Below are positions 38,682-52,495 of a DNA stretch of 64,000 nucleotides, one piece after another. The notes beneath the pieces were generated by a model that saw only the letters and a list, made by a program, of their open reading frames with translations, searched no databases and was not told where the DNA came from. A program made the translations under genes and the position numbers. How positions within the stretch are numbered: the first letter of the stretch is position 1; each line of letters opens with the position of its first letter. Origin of the DNA: Octopus vulgaris (Eukaryota); contig OX597829.1 in the NCBI GenBank assembly GCA_951406725.2, forward strand, positions 30,318,001-30,382,000. Direction: 5' to 3'.

Positions 38682-40558
38682 CCCTTTCGTTACTATATTT
38701 CTGACCAAAATACACCCCTTATGTGTTCCAATTAATTTCTAACATAATCATAAATTTAGTCTGGTTTCATTAAACAACTATAACTTTTTTATTTATCAAT
38801 ATATTAACGTGAATTTTGGAAGATAATTTAATGAAATGTTCTCAACCAATTCTATACTATAATTTTTGTCACAAAGAGACTCTAATTCATCATCATCATC
38901 ATCATCGTTTAGCGTCCGTTTTCCATGCTAGCATGGGTTGGACGGGTCAACTGGGGTCTGTGAAGCTGGAAGGCTTCGTCAGGCCCAGTCAGATCTGGCA
39001 GTGTTTCTACGGCTGGATGCCCTTCCTAACGCCAACCACTCCGCGAGTGTAGTGGGTGTTTTTTTACGTGCCACCTGCACAGGTGCCAGACAGAAACGGC
39101 CACGAGCGGACGGTGCTTTACGTGTCACCGGCACGGGGCCAGCCGAGGCTGGCAACGGACACGGACAGATGGTGCTTTTACGTGCCACCGACACGGTGCC
39201 AGACAGAGCTGGCAAACGGCCACGAACGGATGGTGCTTTTACGTGTCACCGGCACGGGGGCCAGCCGAGGCTGGCAACGGACGCGAACAGATGGTGCTTT
39301 TACGTGCCACCGACACGGTTGCCAGACAGAGCTGGCAAACGGCCACGAGCGGACGGTGCTTTTACGTGTCACCGGCACGGGGGCCAGCCGAGGCTGGCAA
39401 CGGACACGGACGGATGGTGCTTTTACGTGCCACCGACACGGGGCCAGACAGAGCTGGCAAACGGCCACGAACGGATGGTGCTTTTACGTGCCACCGACAC
39501 GGGGCCAGACAGAGCTGGCCAACGGCCACGAACGGACAGTGCTTTTACGTGTCACCGGCACGGGGCCAGGCGAGGCTGGCAACGAACACGAACGGATGGT
39601 GCTTTTACGTGCCACCGACGCGGGGCCAGGCAGAGCTGGCAAACGGCCATGAGCGAATGGTGCTTTTACGTAACACCGGCACGGGTGCCAGACGAGGCTG
39701 ACAGCGAAATTCAACAAAATATAAAATTATTAAAATTTTGTTCAAACATCGCTATAGAAATGGGTTATTAGCTAATATTCAATTGGGTATTCAACAAAAT
39801 TTTACGATAGAATTTGTTATTCTGGGTAACTTTCTGATACCCATGATAATATTTATGGCAAAATAGTCTTAATTTCATTTAAGGTTATGGGAAACCACTA
39901 ACTATCCTTTCTTTCACTTTGTTTACATTTAGCGTAACGGTTCGTTTCCACCGTAATGATTTCAAATAGGCTCATTCGAAAAAGTAAAAAGAAATAGTCT
40001 AAGGCTTTACTCTTCTGGGAAAGTCTGTGGCTTGGTCCAGTTTCTTCAGAAAAATCACAGAAAGAAACAGTTTTTAAATTTTCACTCCATTCAGGTGCCA
40101 ATTCATTTTCTTTATCGCTGTCGGAGCTCTTGGATTCACTGTTTTCACTTTCAGAAAATGAAACATCAGATTCATTATCAAATACCACGTGCTTTTTTTT
40201 TTCAGTCATAGAGTTAGATTTATGAAGGTCTTCAGTAGAAAATCCTTCGAATTCTGACTTGCTGCTTGATATAATGAAATTTGTATCCATTTTTTGTCAG
40301 AATTACAAATTTTGAAAACACAATAGGAACAAATTTCGGAAAAAAATCTCCCAAAATTCACGGAATTAAAATTACACTTCGATTTTTGTACAAAACTGTA
40401 GATGAACTGTATACGAAGTATAATACGTATTTTCACGAATGTACTAAAGAGATTTGCTCTGATATTCTCATTTAAATATGAATAGGTAAATACGGGCGGG
40501 TTTGGGTGGTTTGGTCACATTAACCAAAATTTTTTCGGGCGGTTTGGTAACGAAAGGG
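38682..40558 (-). mobile_element. Internally deleted piggyBac transposon
   Basis: TTAA|ccctttcgttac ... gtaacgaaaggg|TTAA perfect 12-bp TIRs. ORF 39898-40290 is an acidic N-terminus followed by W..F.EETGP..DYFFLLF..ETNRYA, typical of piggyBac transposases, and stops before the DDD core. Confidence 0.92.
38888..39700 (-). repeat. SINE with expanded CpG-rich ~60 bp minisatellite, inserted in the piggyBac
   Basis: About 11 units, largely alternating cgtgccaccgacacgg..gccagacagagctggc and cgtgtcaccggcacgg..gccagccgaggctggc variants. Confidence 0.88.
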
Positions 40559-40714
40559 TTAAGGCGGTGCTCTAGCATGGCTGCAGTCAAATGACTGAAA
40601 CAATTAAAAGAATATGTATTCTCTACTAGGGTAGCTAGAATGTGTGCTACCTGGGGCACCTCTTCAGTTTGTCCCCCTCCCCCCAGGCCCCCACAAAAAA
40701 AAATACACACTATG

Positions 40715-40937
40715 AGCTATGGCTGTGTGGTAAAAGGCTTCCTCCCCAGCTACATGGCTTCGGGTTCAGTTCCACTGCATGACACCTTGGACGAGTGGTC
40801 TTCTACTATAACCTTGGGCCGACCAAAGCCTTGTGAGTAAATTTGGTAGACAGAAACTGAAAGAATACCTGCACGTGTGTGTATGTATGTATGTATATAT
40901 ATATATATGTATATATATATGTATGTGTATATGTATG

Positions 40938-40990
<53 letters not shown>

Positions 40991-41330
40991 ATATGTATGT
41001 ATATATATATATGTCATCATATGTATGTATATATATATATGTGTATATGTATATATATATATATATATGTGTGTGTATGTATATTTGTGTGTGTATATAT
41101 ATATGCGTATATGTTTTTGTATCTGTACTTGTCCCCCACACTCACTACTTGACAACTGGTGTTGGTGTGTTTATGTCTTTGTAACTTAGTGGTTTGGCAA
41201 AAGAAAGAGATAGATTAAGTACCAGGCTTTAAAAAAAAATGTACTGGAGTCAATACATTTTACTAAAAATTCTTCAAGGTGGAGGCCCCCAGCATGGTTA
41301 CAGTCTAATAGCTGAAACAAGTAGTAAAAG
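40715..41330 (+). mobile_element. SINE with internal (TA/TG)n expansion
   Basis: Head ggctgtgtggtaaaagg...gggttcagttccactgc; 3' ccccagcatgg..cagtc..ctgaaacaag. Confidence 0.75.
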
Positions 41331-42636
41331 ATATATATATGTATATATATATATAATGTATATGAAATAACAATAATGATGGGTTGATGAGTGAGGAGAA
41401 TACATAAAAGGAAGAGGGCCTATCCCAGGTAGACCCAACAATGGGACCTTACATCTAAATTGACAGCTGTATGATGGATAGATTACTACAGATTTGAAGG
41501 AAGGGAGAGCATCTGGTTCATCAGGAATCATTGTTGAAATGCTTAAAATATCTAGCAGTGTGATATGGAATGGTCATCCTCATATGTAGAGCCTGTCATA
41601 CCCAATAATATCTGGAGTGGTGGCACCATTGTGAATTGTTACAAGCACAAATTTGATGCACTAGAGAGGAAACTATAGAGGCTTATAACTTTTATACAGT
41701 AACTTCCACAATTTAATCTAGCAAATTAAACACACGATTAGGAAGATAATTGACATATGATATAGTTTGATTTTGTGTAGTTCTTTGATGAATATCGGCC
41801 GATTCTGGTATGTCCAGATAACATTAGGCTGCTCCAGGAGCTTTTATTTCTATCACCACCACCACCACCATCACTAATATTTAATGCACATGTCCCATAC
41901 TGCCATGGGTTGCAACTAAATATATATTGTTGCAGGTAGTGATTGCCACACATGATCACATGACTGACCGGGCTATCAGATGTTATCAAACATCACTGGT
42001 CACAATGCGTTTTGCATTGTTTTAACCTTGAAATGACACCACCCTGCTGGTTAGGTAAGCAGGTCAACATTCCACCCTGATCGAAAGGGGTACTGGAGCA
42101 ACACGAAATAAAGGTTTTGTTCAAGAACACAATGCACTGCCTAATCAGAGAATTGAACTAACGATTACTAGATCGTGAATGCAACAGCCTAACCACTATG
42201 CCATTCACTTTCACACAGTGATTGTACTATCTGTTTTTATTTGAGGATAAGGGTCTGGCAATTTAATTTCTGATGAAATGCCTTTTAATGATTTCAGTGT
42301 TTGGCAAGTATGAAAATATCCAATTATATATTACTTTGTAAAGAATGATATATAATGGTCCATGTAATAATGGATAACAATAAACATGTTCTTGCCTACA
42401 AATTGGCATAGAAAATTTTTCCACTGATTGTTAGTGTAGACAAGCATTATATAAAATATATATAGCACGGCTATGTGGTTAAGAAGTTTGCTTTATAGGT
42501 AGGTATGTGCTTTATAGGTAGGTACGTGGTTTTGAGTTCAGTGCCACTGCATGGTACCTTGGGCAATTGTCTTCTACCTCCCTGGGGTTCACCAAAGCAG
42601 AGTGTATTTGCTAGACTGGATTTTACATTAGGGTTG

Positions 42637-42677
<41 letters not shown>

Positions 42678-43343
42678 GTGCTGATGTTGACATTATAAAC
42701 TTGCTCTGCATTTTTGTAGATCTATGAAATACAAAAATCCCTTATTTGGAAATACAGATAAGGGTTGCTGAAACTTAAATTCATGAGGAAGGGCACTACA
42801 GTTATCAAAGAGTGAAAAATAATTTGTGATGTGGTTAAGCCTTTAAACAAAATAAATCGAACTATGGATTCAAATTTGTGAGCGAACTAATTGCAGTAAA
42901 CGTTTATTACATCCATGTATTCTTTCAGGTTTTAGAAGAGAGAAACCATCCCTCATTCTTTAATATACGTAAAACCATGTGCTTCATCAAAACCTGTCAA
43001 TATTTTTGTCAGCAAAATAACATTTCCATTAAAATGCTGGTTTCATTGGCATTGTATATTTGGTCAGCTTTCCTCGACAAGTTTATTAAATCTGGTCAAC
43101 CATACCATCAAAGAAAACGGTGGAGGATTTCAAATACAGATACTCTTTTACTTGTTTCAGTCATTTGACTGTGGCCATGCTAGAGCACTGCCTTTAGTTG
43201 AGCAAATCGACCCTGGGACTTATTCTTTGTAAGCCTAGTACTTATTCTATCGGACTCTTTTGCTGAACTGCTAAGTTATGGGCACATAAACACATCAGCA
43301 TCGGTTGTCAAGCAATGCTAGGGGGACAAACACAGACACACAA

Positions 43344-43384
<41 letters not shown>

Positions 43385-43949
43385 CACACACACACATATA
43401 TATATACAGCAGTCAGCGCGTGGCTATAAAGTAGAAGACGCTTTCCCAAGATACCACGCAGTGGGACTGAACCTGGAACCATGTGGTTGGTAAGCAAGCT
43501 ACTTACCATACAGCCACTCCTGTGCCTATAGCTACTTAACATTTTAGCTTTGGCTAAAATCATAAATGTAGCCATAACCTCCAGTCATCATTTTAATGCC
43601 TGCTTTCTATGCTGGCATGAGTTGAATGGTTTAATGTCAACTTTAGCATGATTTTTATGGACAGATGCCCTTCCTGATATCAACCACTTCAGTGTGTACT
43701 GGGTGCTTTTTGTATGCCGCTAGCACAAGTGGGTCACCAAGTAACTTGCAAGTCAGACAATGGAAAGCAAAAAACCCTCTTGACTAAATAGTGGTGGTGG
43801 GGTATTTGAGAGTTGGGAGGTAACCATCCATGCAATATTTTATCCAAATCTTTATATTTCACTTTTTATGCAGACATTCCCTATTATTTCACTGTTCTTG
43901 AATATTCATTGATTCTTGTATATTAATATAAATACATGAAGTTTGGTAA

Positions 43950-46900
43950 GAAAAAAAAAAGTGGGGTGGGGGATCATGTACATACCTCCTGGCTGTTGAG
44001 ATTATAACACCTCGTTGTAAACAATGTTCCTTGTTTTTCCTTGTGGAGCCTATACAAAGAGGTTTCTTTTGCTTCCCACTCTTGAGCAGCCAACATACAG
44101 TTGTCCATGTGAGAAGCAGGGCTCTTCCAAGAGAAGACCAGCTACAGAGAGGGTTTGACCCTGAGATTTGTTAATGGACATGGCAAAGCTGACACGAAGG
44201 GGGAATTGCAGTCTTCTGAATGTAAATGGAATTTCTGCTCCTGATGGAGTAAGAGGAATTCTTGGAATAAAGACATCATCACCTTTTCCACATCCAGAAA
44301 GAATGATTGCCTCGATAACGTGTGCCATCATTTTCTTTATCATCAGTCGTGTTCCATTGCAAAGTCTTGGTGGTTCCAGATTGCAGAGTAGCATTACAGG
44401 AGTTCCAACTTTAAGTGCTAATATTTGGGGAGATAGTCCAGGAGGCTCTAGCGAATTGAGAAATTCAGGAGGATAGTTCACCACTTCATTTTTATCTGGA
44501 ATTGTATCAACAGACTTCTGAGTGTGAATAGTGCCGGGAAGAGAATGTATTAGCTGTTGATTAATTTTTTTAACAGCGGCGTTTTTTGGAGCTAATATTG
44601 CTCTTTCACACAGCCAATTGTGATTTTGGTAGTTTTGTGTGAAGTTGGGAAAGACTTTGTGTTTGAGGTCATCTACAGAATTAAGAGGAAAATGACCACA
44701 CTTCCTGCACCGTCGAGAGGCACCTTGCCTTCACCAAGTGTCAAAAAGTGTACAAACTTTGTGGACATTTGATCACCGTATAGCTGAGCTCTCATGTTAG
44801 TGGTGAGACTGAGGATTGTAACATGATGCCAATCCTCTTTAGGTATGCTTGGACCTCATCTGCTCTCGTACCTTTTGGAATGACAGGAAGAGTTTGCCTG
44901 AAATCACCTGACAACAAGAGCCTGGCAGTCTCGGATGTCTTTCAGGGCTCTATCTAAGGCTTCCAAAGCTCCCTTGTGAGCCATGATGCACTCATCCCAG
45001 ACAATTAAATAACACATTTTAAGTACTTGCTCCTGATCTGAGCTTTTGTTGATGTTGCATGAAGGCATGTCGGATGCTGCTAAATTGAGAGGGAGTTTAA
45101 AAGTTGAGTGTGCTGTCCTACCACCGGGTAACAAAGTAGCTGCAATGCCAGAGGAGGCTACAGCTACTGCAATATTCTGCTGCTGCCTAACTTTTGCAAG
45201 GAGAAGCTTTGTAATAAATGTTTTTCTTGTCCCTCCAGGAGCATCAAGGAAGAAGATTCGTCCCTTGTGTTGGCGTACACTGTTAAGAATAGTTCTGTAG
45301 GCCTGCAGCTAGTCCGGAAGTAATTTAGGCTAATTTTCAACAATGTACTTTGAAAGCGCTTGAGTGTCGTAGCTTGTTTCACGAATGACAGCAGTCGAAA
45401 GGCTATTTGACCCTGACCTGAATGTTTGTGGCAGGCCATACGTGGACAATTCCTTTCCACCCAGTGTAGCAATTCTGTCTTCAATGTCAATGAGAGTTTT
45501 GTTATAGACTTCATTGCTGATACCCTCCATGTCAGAATAGAGCAGTTGAGCTTGCCGCTTACAGTCCTCAGCCAGGTTGTCTCTGTATTTGAGCCATAGA
45601 GTGGCAGGATCACACAGTTTGCATGCCTGTAGTAATACTGCAAATAGTGCTCTGAGACTTTTAGGTGATTCTGATAAAGCAGCCTCTCCCAAAGTTGCAT
45701 CCCATTGTGCACCATCTTCTAACAGACCTTGTCGATAGCAGATTTCTCTGTATATTGTGCAGACATATCCATGAACTGGAAAGACGTTGGCCCTCTGACC
45801 TCATGCAGTAGTCTGATGTAGAAGCACTCTTGTTGAGTGGGATGCACTGTGTATACTCGCCCAAGGCAAGTGTGAAACTTAATGCCAGGGTATCTATGAA
45901 CATTTCGACCTGCTTTCCTAGGGGCCCATTTTTTTTCCATTCCAAGTGTAGTACGATGGAATCTGTGGATACAGCAAGGTTTGAGCAAATGGATCCACTT
46001 GACAAAGCTTGAAGAATGCAGTGAGTGTGCTATCTCTTGGTTCCTCTGCCAACAGAGAAGCATTAGCATCAGTGAAGTACACTCTTTGACTGTTTTCCAG
46101 GTGCACTGCAAGCTGTTGAGTGTGTCGTTGGTGAAGTGGAAAGCCAAAGATGCGCCAGAAAGCCTCGTTGCTAATTATGTACCATCCCACCTGATAGTGC
46201 GTCACCTCATCCTGGCAGTTTTCTTGTTAAAGTCCAAACATTGCAGCATCAGAACCCTTGTTTACATATTTGCAAACGTACTTTATGGATTTAATGGAGT
46301 TGCAAAACTCAATGTTGATGTGGGCATTGAAAGTCTTTGACAGGAGTGGGCGGTAGGGAACAATCCATCTATTATCAACATTGTGCTGTCCAATAGTTGC
46401 TGTGAAACCTCCGTCTTCTGGTTTTCTCCGTCTGTATGATGGATACCCATCAGCACCTGTCTGAGTTTCTTGTAGGAACCTCCTTGGAAACCTTTTTGAA
46501 CATACGCTGTCTTTCAAGCATGGTGAGTTTATGTTGAATCCACGCCCACATGGACCATGTACCATGTTTGCTTTAACTATTTCGTATAGTACTTTGTTTA
46601 AAGCTGGATCAGGAAGCTCTGCAGAGATTATCTTGTTGATGTCATTGGGATTGATCTTCGTTGAGAGCCAAAGCAGGGTATGAGCATGTGGAAGGCCCCC
46701 TTTTTGCCATTCGATTGTGTACTTGCCACATTGTATGAACCCAAAGACTTGTCCTTTTTTTATGAGCTCCATGAGAGAGATTAACTTCAGATGGAAACCT
46801 CAGGCAAGGAGGTCATGCCTGTCTTTAGGCTTTTGAGCGAAGAAGAGTTCGGCCTGAATCTCCTTCCACTTGGGATTGCATGTGAAAGTTATGAACAGGT

Positions 46901-49900
46901 CAGGCTTGCCGTAATGGCAGACAAAGGTCATTGCATCCTGTGTTCTTTCATGCATATATCGGGGACTTCCAGTGAATGTAGAAGGCAAGATGCAAAGTTT
47001 TCCTAGGTTTGTTGGAACAGCATCATTGTTGATGGCATCTCGGAGATGGATGTAGCTGTCGGATCGCAATTTTTTTGATGTGACCTGATGAAACACAATC
47101 TCTCTGATTCCATTTTTGCGCACATATCGACTGCAAATTGATGAAACAGCTCTCGAGACTGGTGGAGGTGATTACAGCAGTTGTTTCGGGTCATAAATCG
47201 GTATGAGTAGAAGTCCATGCAGGATATTGGCTTGTTGAGATGTTCATTAAGATTTTTGAGGATGTTGCTGTAGTAGACCAATGTGGTAGTCATCATCATC
47301 GTTAATAAACAGAAGTGGGTATTGGAGTGTATCGTATGATCTGTGTGTTTCACTAATTCGTTGGAGGGTGTTGTCACGTCGCCTGAGGACAATGTCTCTG
47401 GGATTGTGCTGTTCATTGTGGAGGAGTACAGCTATTTCATTGCATGTGGGTGCATTGTAACGGCCTGCTTGTTCCCTGGATGGTCTTTTCTGGGCATCAA
47501 TGACAACATTAAAATTTGATGAAGCCTCTGTTTCCAAGGTATACTTGAAGCTGCATACGTAGCTATTTTTCTGGTGCAAAAGGTTTTGCAGTTGCATTTC
47601 ATGTGAAAGTTAGTAACAGTGGAAATGGAGTTTCGATGGGTGGCTTGTTCATGTAAATTACCTACAAAGTACAGTTGAAGGAATTGAGGATCTTGATTTT
47701 CAGCAGGTTCAAGCGATCCTATCCTATCCTATGGTAAACCTGTCCCTGCACTTTGAAAGTTGGCATAAACCCGCCTTCTTGAACAACATTAGCGCCGAAA
47801 GATGGCATTTGAAATGCACTGTTATTCAGGAAATGTTTTGACTCTGTAGTTGTGCCAGTGTAGAGTGACTTTAACAGCTGTGGTGGATCCTTCAGCGGAG
47901 TGAGGTTAACTTTTCCATTAGCGCAACACATTGCAGGAGTTTCTCTTGACCACTTCTTAGCATTGCAGAAAGAGCAAGTGATGGACATATCTCCAATGTT
48001 CATATCTGGGTGGCAGTCAGTGAAGGTTAGGGTTGTAGTGGAAAGCCTTTAATAACCATCGTGAGCTGCATGGCGTTGAAAATCCTCGTCTATGAGCTCT
48101 TTGATGAATGGAAGTCTGCAGCATCGCGTATCTCTGTTGTAATGTGTGGGAAGCTTGTGCAGTAGCCATGTTGGCAGCATTCCTGAGCAGGCGTGTAGCG
48201 CGTTCGCTTTTCTTCTCTGCAGCTCGTGCAGCAGCAGTTGAGGCAGCATCAACAGTTCGTCGAACTGTACGCTGGTGATCTGTTTGAAGTGCTCTTGAAG
48301 TAGCTGTATGTTCAGCATTTTGTGATCATCTAATGTAAGTTTCGACTGATGATTCTTTAGCCGTCCTTGCTGATGATCTTGCAGCTTTTGCAGTTTTTTG
48401 TTCAATTGAAGAAGTCTTCCTTTGGGGCATGATCTAAAATAAGCGTGAAGAAATGCAGTGAGATACACAGTGTAGTATGAAATCTTAATTGAAGGGTTAG
48501 TATGTAAGTGTAGAGCAGTTGAAAACTTGCAGCTGCTGTGGTAATAATGAAGTGGTAGTAAGTAGAATGGTAAATGTATAAAATGATATTAGTGTTATGA
48601 CATGAAAAGGAGACTGGAAACAGTTGTGAAAAGGAAGGCGAGAGAAATGGTAAGAGCAAGGAGAAATTGTTTATGAATTGTGTTGGGAATGTTGTCGTTT
48701 GTGTGGACATGAATTGTGGGTGTTGTTTGTCAATGGATGGCTGCTCTGTCGTATAGATTGGATAGGGAATGGGTTAATGAAAGAGCAACTGGATGAATTG
48801 CTTAGCTTTGTTTAGTGGTGCTCGTGGGGCAGAAACTGCCATTCATGCTGCATGTGAGTGTAGGAATGGTTGGTAGGTCTGCAAGTCCACATAAAAGAAG
48901 CAAAAACAGTCACGTGAAATTTTAATGCGTGCATTGGCACGCATTTCAGTAATGAAAATTGTAAGAAGTGGGAGTGAAAATGTAAAAATGAGGAGTAGGG
49001 ACAGGGAATTGAAAATGAAAGGTATTATTTTTGCATAATTGGAATGTCCGTGATGGAAAACATGAATCCACTGGAAAACAAAAAAAAATTGTTTGGAGTT
49101 GATATGCAGGTGTACTTGTAAACATTAACCGATTTGGTTGGTTGTAACACGTCATGCTACCAGTGAACGGGTATTTGCGTGAAGCTGTTATGTGGTAGCA
49201 GCGCGTGGTAGAAAGAGCAGTGAAATGTTTCACATTGATGCAATTTACAAAGAATAAATGTAACGTACCAAAATCAGGAAAATGAATGAATGTGCTTTAG
49301 TTGATCAGTCTTGCTTTGATAGAGCAATGTTGTGAATGAGAAGACGAGATAAATGGTAAGAGGAAAGGACAGAGTGATTATGAATTGCATTCCGAATATT
49401 ATTTGGCTGGAAATGAATTCTGTCGTATTTATAAGAAAGCAGACAGCTGGAAGAATGAAGGTATAGTGGTGTGGGGGTTGTTTGAATTCTCCATACGCTA
49501 AGAAGGTTAGAGGTGAAGCGGATGACAATATACTTCACTTGATAAGGTAGCATGTGGTAAATATCTGTTACCATCTTCCATTGTCCTGTAATGAGAAGTA
49601 AGTTTTATTTCCCTGTGTTGGGAATAAAATGAAAATGAGATGTAAGGGGACAGTGTTTTAGAGATTGCGGTTCAGTGGTGCTATAGTCATGTGGGGTCGT
49701 TTGAAGTCTCGGTACGCTAGGAAGTTTAGAGGTGAAGTGGATGACAATATATTTCACTGGAGAAGGTAGCATCTGGTTAATGTCTGTTACGATGTTGCAT
49801 TGTCTCGTTGTAAGAAGTAAGTTTTATTTGCCTATCGTGGGAATGAAATGAGAATGAGATGTAAGGGGACAATGTTTTTGAGATTCCGGTTCGAATGTAA

Positions 49901-49973
49901 GGCAGGCCTGAAAGGATTCCCAGCGGTTATTAGTAGTAGTGGTAGAGTGTTTATGCCGAATATGTATGTATGC

Positions 49974-50013
<40 letters not shown>

Positions 50014-50218
50014 ATATATATATATGTATGTATATATATATATATGTATGTGTATATATATATATATGTATGTATATATATATATATGTATGTATATATA
50101 TATATATGTATGTATGTATATATATATATATGTATGTATATATATATATAGTATGTATATATATATATGTATGTATTATATATATGTATATATGTATGTA
50201 TATATATATATATGTATG

Positions 50219-50279
<61 letters not shown>

Positions 50280-50569
50280 GTATGCCTATATATATGTGAG
50301 ATAATAGTTTCAGTATTAAAGTGAAAGTATCTGACATTATAATAGAGACATGTTATTGTTTCACTTTTGACATGTAATACTGAAATAGAGGAGAAAATAT
50401 GATATTGCTGTGGTCTCACTAGGCAAGAAGTTAAAAATTTTTTTTTGGCCTATGACACTACATGGACCCTAAGTAAGGCATGTGTAAAATTTGAATGAAA
50501 TTGGTTGTGTAGTTCTCAAGTTTTAGGGATTCACAGACAGACACACATTCTCATCGTTATATATATAGA
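43950..50569 (-). mobile_element. Helitron, formerly autonomous (~6.6 kb)
   Basis: 5' end A|TCTATATATATAACGATGAGAATGTGTGTCTGTCTGTG at 50569 on the minus strand; internal microsatellite and ~219 bp duplication. The 3' hairpin-CTRR end was not found. Confidence 0.85.
44002..48430 (-). pseudogene. Helitron RepHel transposase (HUH Rep + Pif1 helicase), disrupted
   Basis: ATG at 48430; Zn finger CSFC..CCANG; Rep motifs PDLFITFTCNP, EWQKGGLPHAH, KYVCKYVNKG; Pif1 motifs DAPGGTRKT (G changed to R), IVWDEC, FAMSINKSQGQTL, HGQLYVGCSRV; ends NIVYNEVL*. Many frameshifts and stops. Confidence 0.95.
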
Positions 50570-50746
50570 TTATCAAAGCGAGTTTTTCTTTTAAGAAATT
50601 AGGAAACATTTCTTTGCAAAAAGACATTCATGTATGTTGAAATCAGTGAAAACAAGAAAAGAAAAAAAAAACTATGAAAGTTATTGTATTTTTAAATATG
50701 TTTGGTGTATGTTATGTGTTACAATAACAATTTATTTCTCTTTTAG

Positions 50747-50893
50747 CTACAAAAAAGAAAAGGTAAAGAAAAACCGCTTCTACGAAGAAAATCAGAATTA
50801 CCACACGATATGACAACATTAAAAGCTTTGGAAACTCACAAGCGACCTGAAGAATTTCTGTGTTCAGCAACTGAGCAACAAGCTGCTAATTGA
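50747..50893 (+). CDS. PPP2R5D: B56 terminal coding exon with RRKSELP motif and stop
   Basis: tttctcttttag|[48 protein letters not shown](TGA); closely resembles the B56delta tail ([19 protein letters not shown]). Confidence 0.96.
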   Translation, partial: LQKRKGKEKPLLRRKSELPHDMTTLKALETHKRPEEFLCSATEQQAAN

Positions 50894-52454
50894 CTGCTTA
50901 CATCTGCATATGGGAAGTAGTTCAAGACTAGTTAGACAACGGTACTTCCTCTTGTCACATGTATTGTATATTGCTGATCTGTGTGGTGCATGCTTGTTAC
51001 TTACTTGGTACTTCACAAGTAAGTGGCTTAGCCAATACAGATTGCAGCTTAAGGGTAGAGTTGGGTTCAACATTACTTCTTAAGTCCTAAACATGAAAAT
51101 TTAATTTATGAGTGTATTATTTTGAAGATGTCTGTCACACAGACAGGAATTGTTCAACAAGACACTTGTGCATGGTTTCAAATTGGCTAGTTTGACTGTT
51201 TTTTTTTTTTTAACATGGTTAAAAAAAAATAAAAGATTTTTCCCTTCTCCACCCCTCTCATATAGCTCAGTGAAACATGTCTATTGGCCTTAATCTACCA
51301 CATTTTAAACTTTAGAAGGCACAAGCTTAGTATTTTACTTTTGGGTTTCCTCCAAAAAGTTCAGAAAAAAGAAAAAAAAAAAAAAGAAAAAGGTAAAAAA
51401 AATCATAAAAAAGTTCAGATTTAGGAGTTTTTTCTGTACAAAGTTATTAATCATTCTTATAAATTATTTTCATTAATTTTTTTTTTTTTATTTAAGATTT
51501 AGAAATTTAATATGTCATCTGTGGAAAATATTCTTTGAATAGATAAGGAATGTGTTTACATTAAAAGAAAATTAAAATTTCCTTTAAAAGGAATTGATGA
51601 ATATTGGGGGAAAAAAAAAAGAAAAACATCATCAAAGCATTATGACACATTTTAACCATATGCTTTTCCTATGTACATCTGAAGGTGAAATTGTTTTGGG
51701 TCTGTTAGAACTGCATGTCTTATTAGATAAAAATAAATTTTCTGTACACACACACACATGTACACACACACACACACATAGTTTAGTTTATTATTATTAT
51801 TATTATTATTGTTATTATTATTATTATGGTTCACCACAAACATGTGGGTTGGTTTAAAGCCCAAAAGATCCATTGGTGCTGCTAGAATTCAACCTGAACT
51901 TATACCTTGGATGCTTTTGTGTAATGTATAACCAGTTAGCCCACTTGTCCAAAGCATTTTACTTCCAAGAGTTCCTACTACCTTTCAACACCTCCAGATG
52001 TGGGGGGAAGAGTGCTTTTCTCTTACAAATTCAGGCTTCGTACTTTTAGGTTATATACAATACATGTGACTGTGCCTATTTGCTACAATTGTTGTACACT
52101 GGACCAAATGTTGCCAATAATCTGACCAAACTTCAGCAACTTCAAACAGTTATAAAAAATTTTTTTTTTTTTAATCTATTTCATCTCCCTAAATCCATTG
52201 CAAATCACAATGGTTGACAGCACACCAATTGTGGAATTTTATTATTTCATTTGTAAGTTTAGAAGTTTTCTCTGCTGAGAAAATTTCCACTGCTCTTATT
52301 GAACTATTTCAGAATTAGTAAAATATCAGTTACAGTTTCATAGATTCCACATTTCAGTAATTTTGGTAACTGGTGACAGATTTCGTAATCCATAAATAAG
52401 ACTGCATAATTCTGTATAGTTCTTTGTTTCTTTTGATGTATGTATGTGTGTGTG

Positions 52455-52495
<41 letters not shown>

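Noticed and set aside
39060-39700. CRISPR-like regular repeats (also 18230-18520) and overlapping long ORFs
   Set aside because: The units are fully repetitive with no unique spacers, there are no cas genes, and the context is a eukaryotic SINE. The ORFs come from GC-rich tandem repeats.
44002-48430. Host PIF1 gene or active/domesticated transposase
   Set aside because: It is intronless, fused to an HUH Rep domain, has many frameshifts, and its Walker A motif is mutated.
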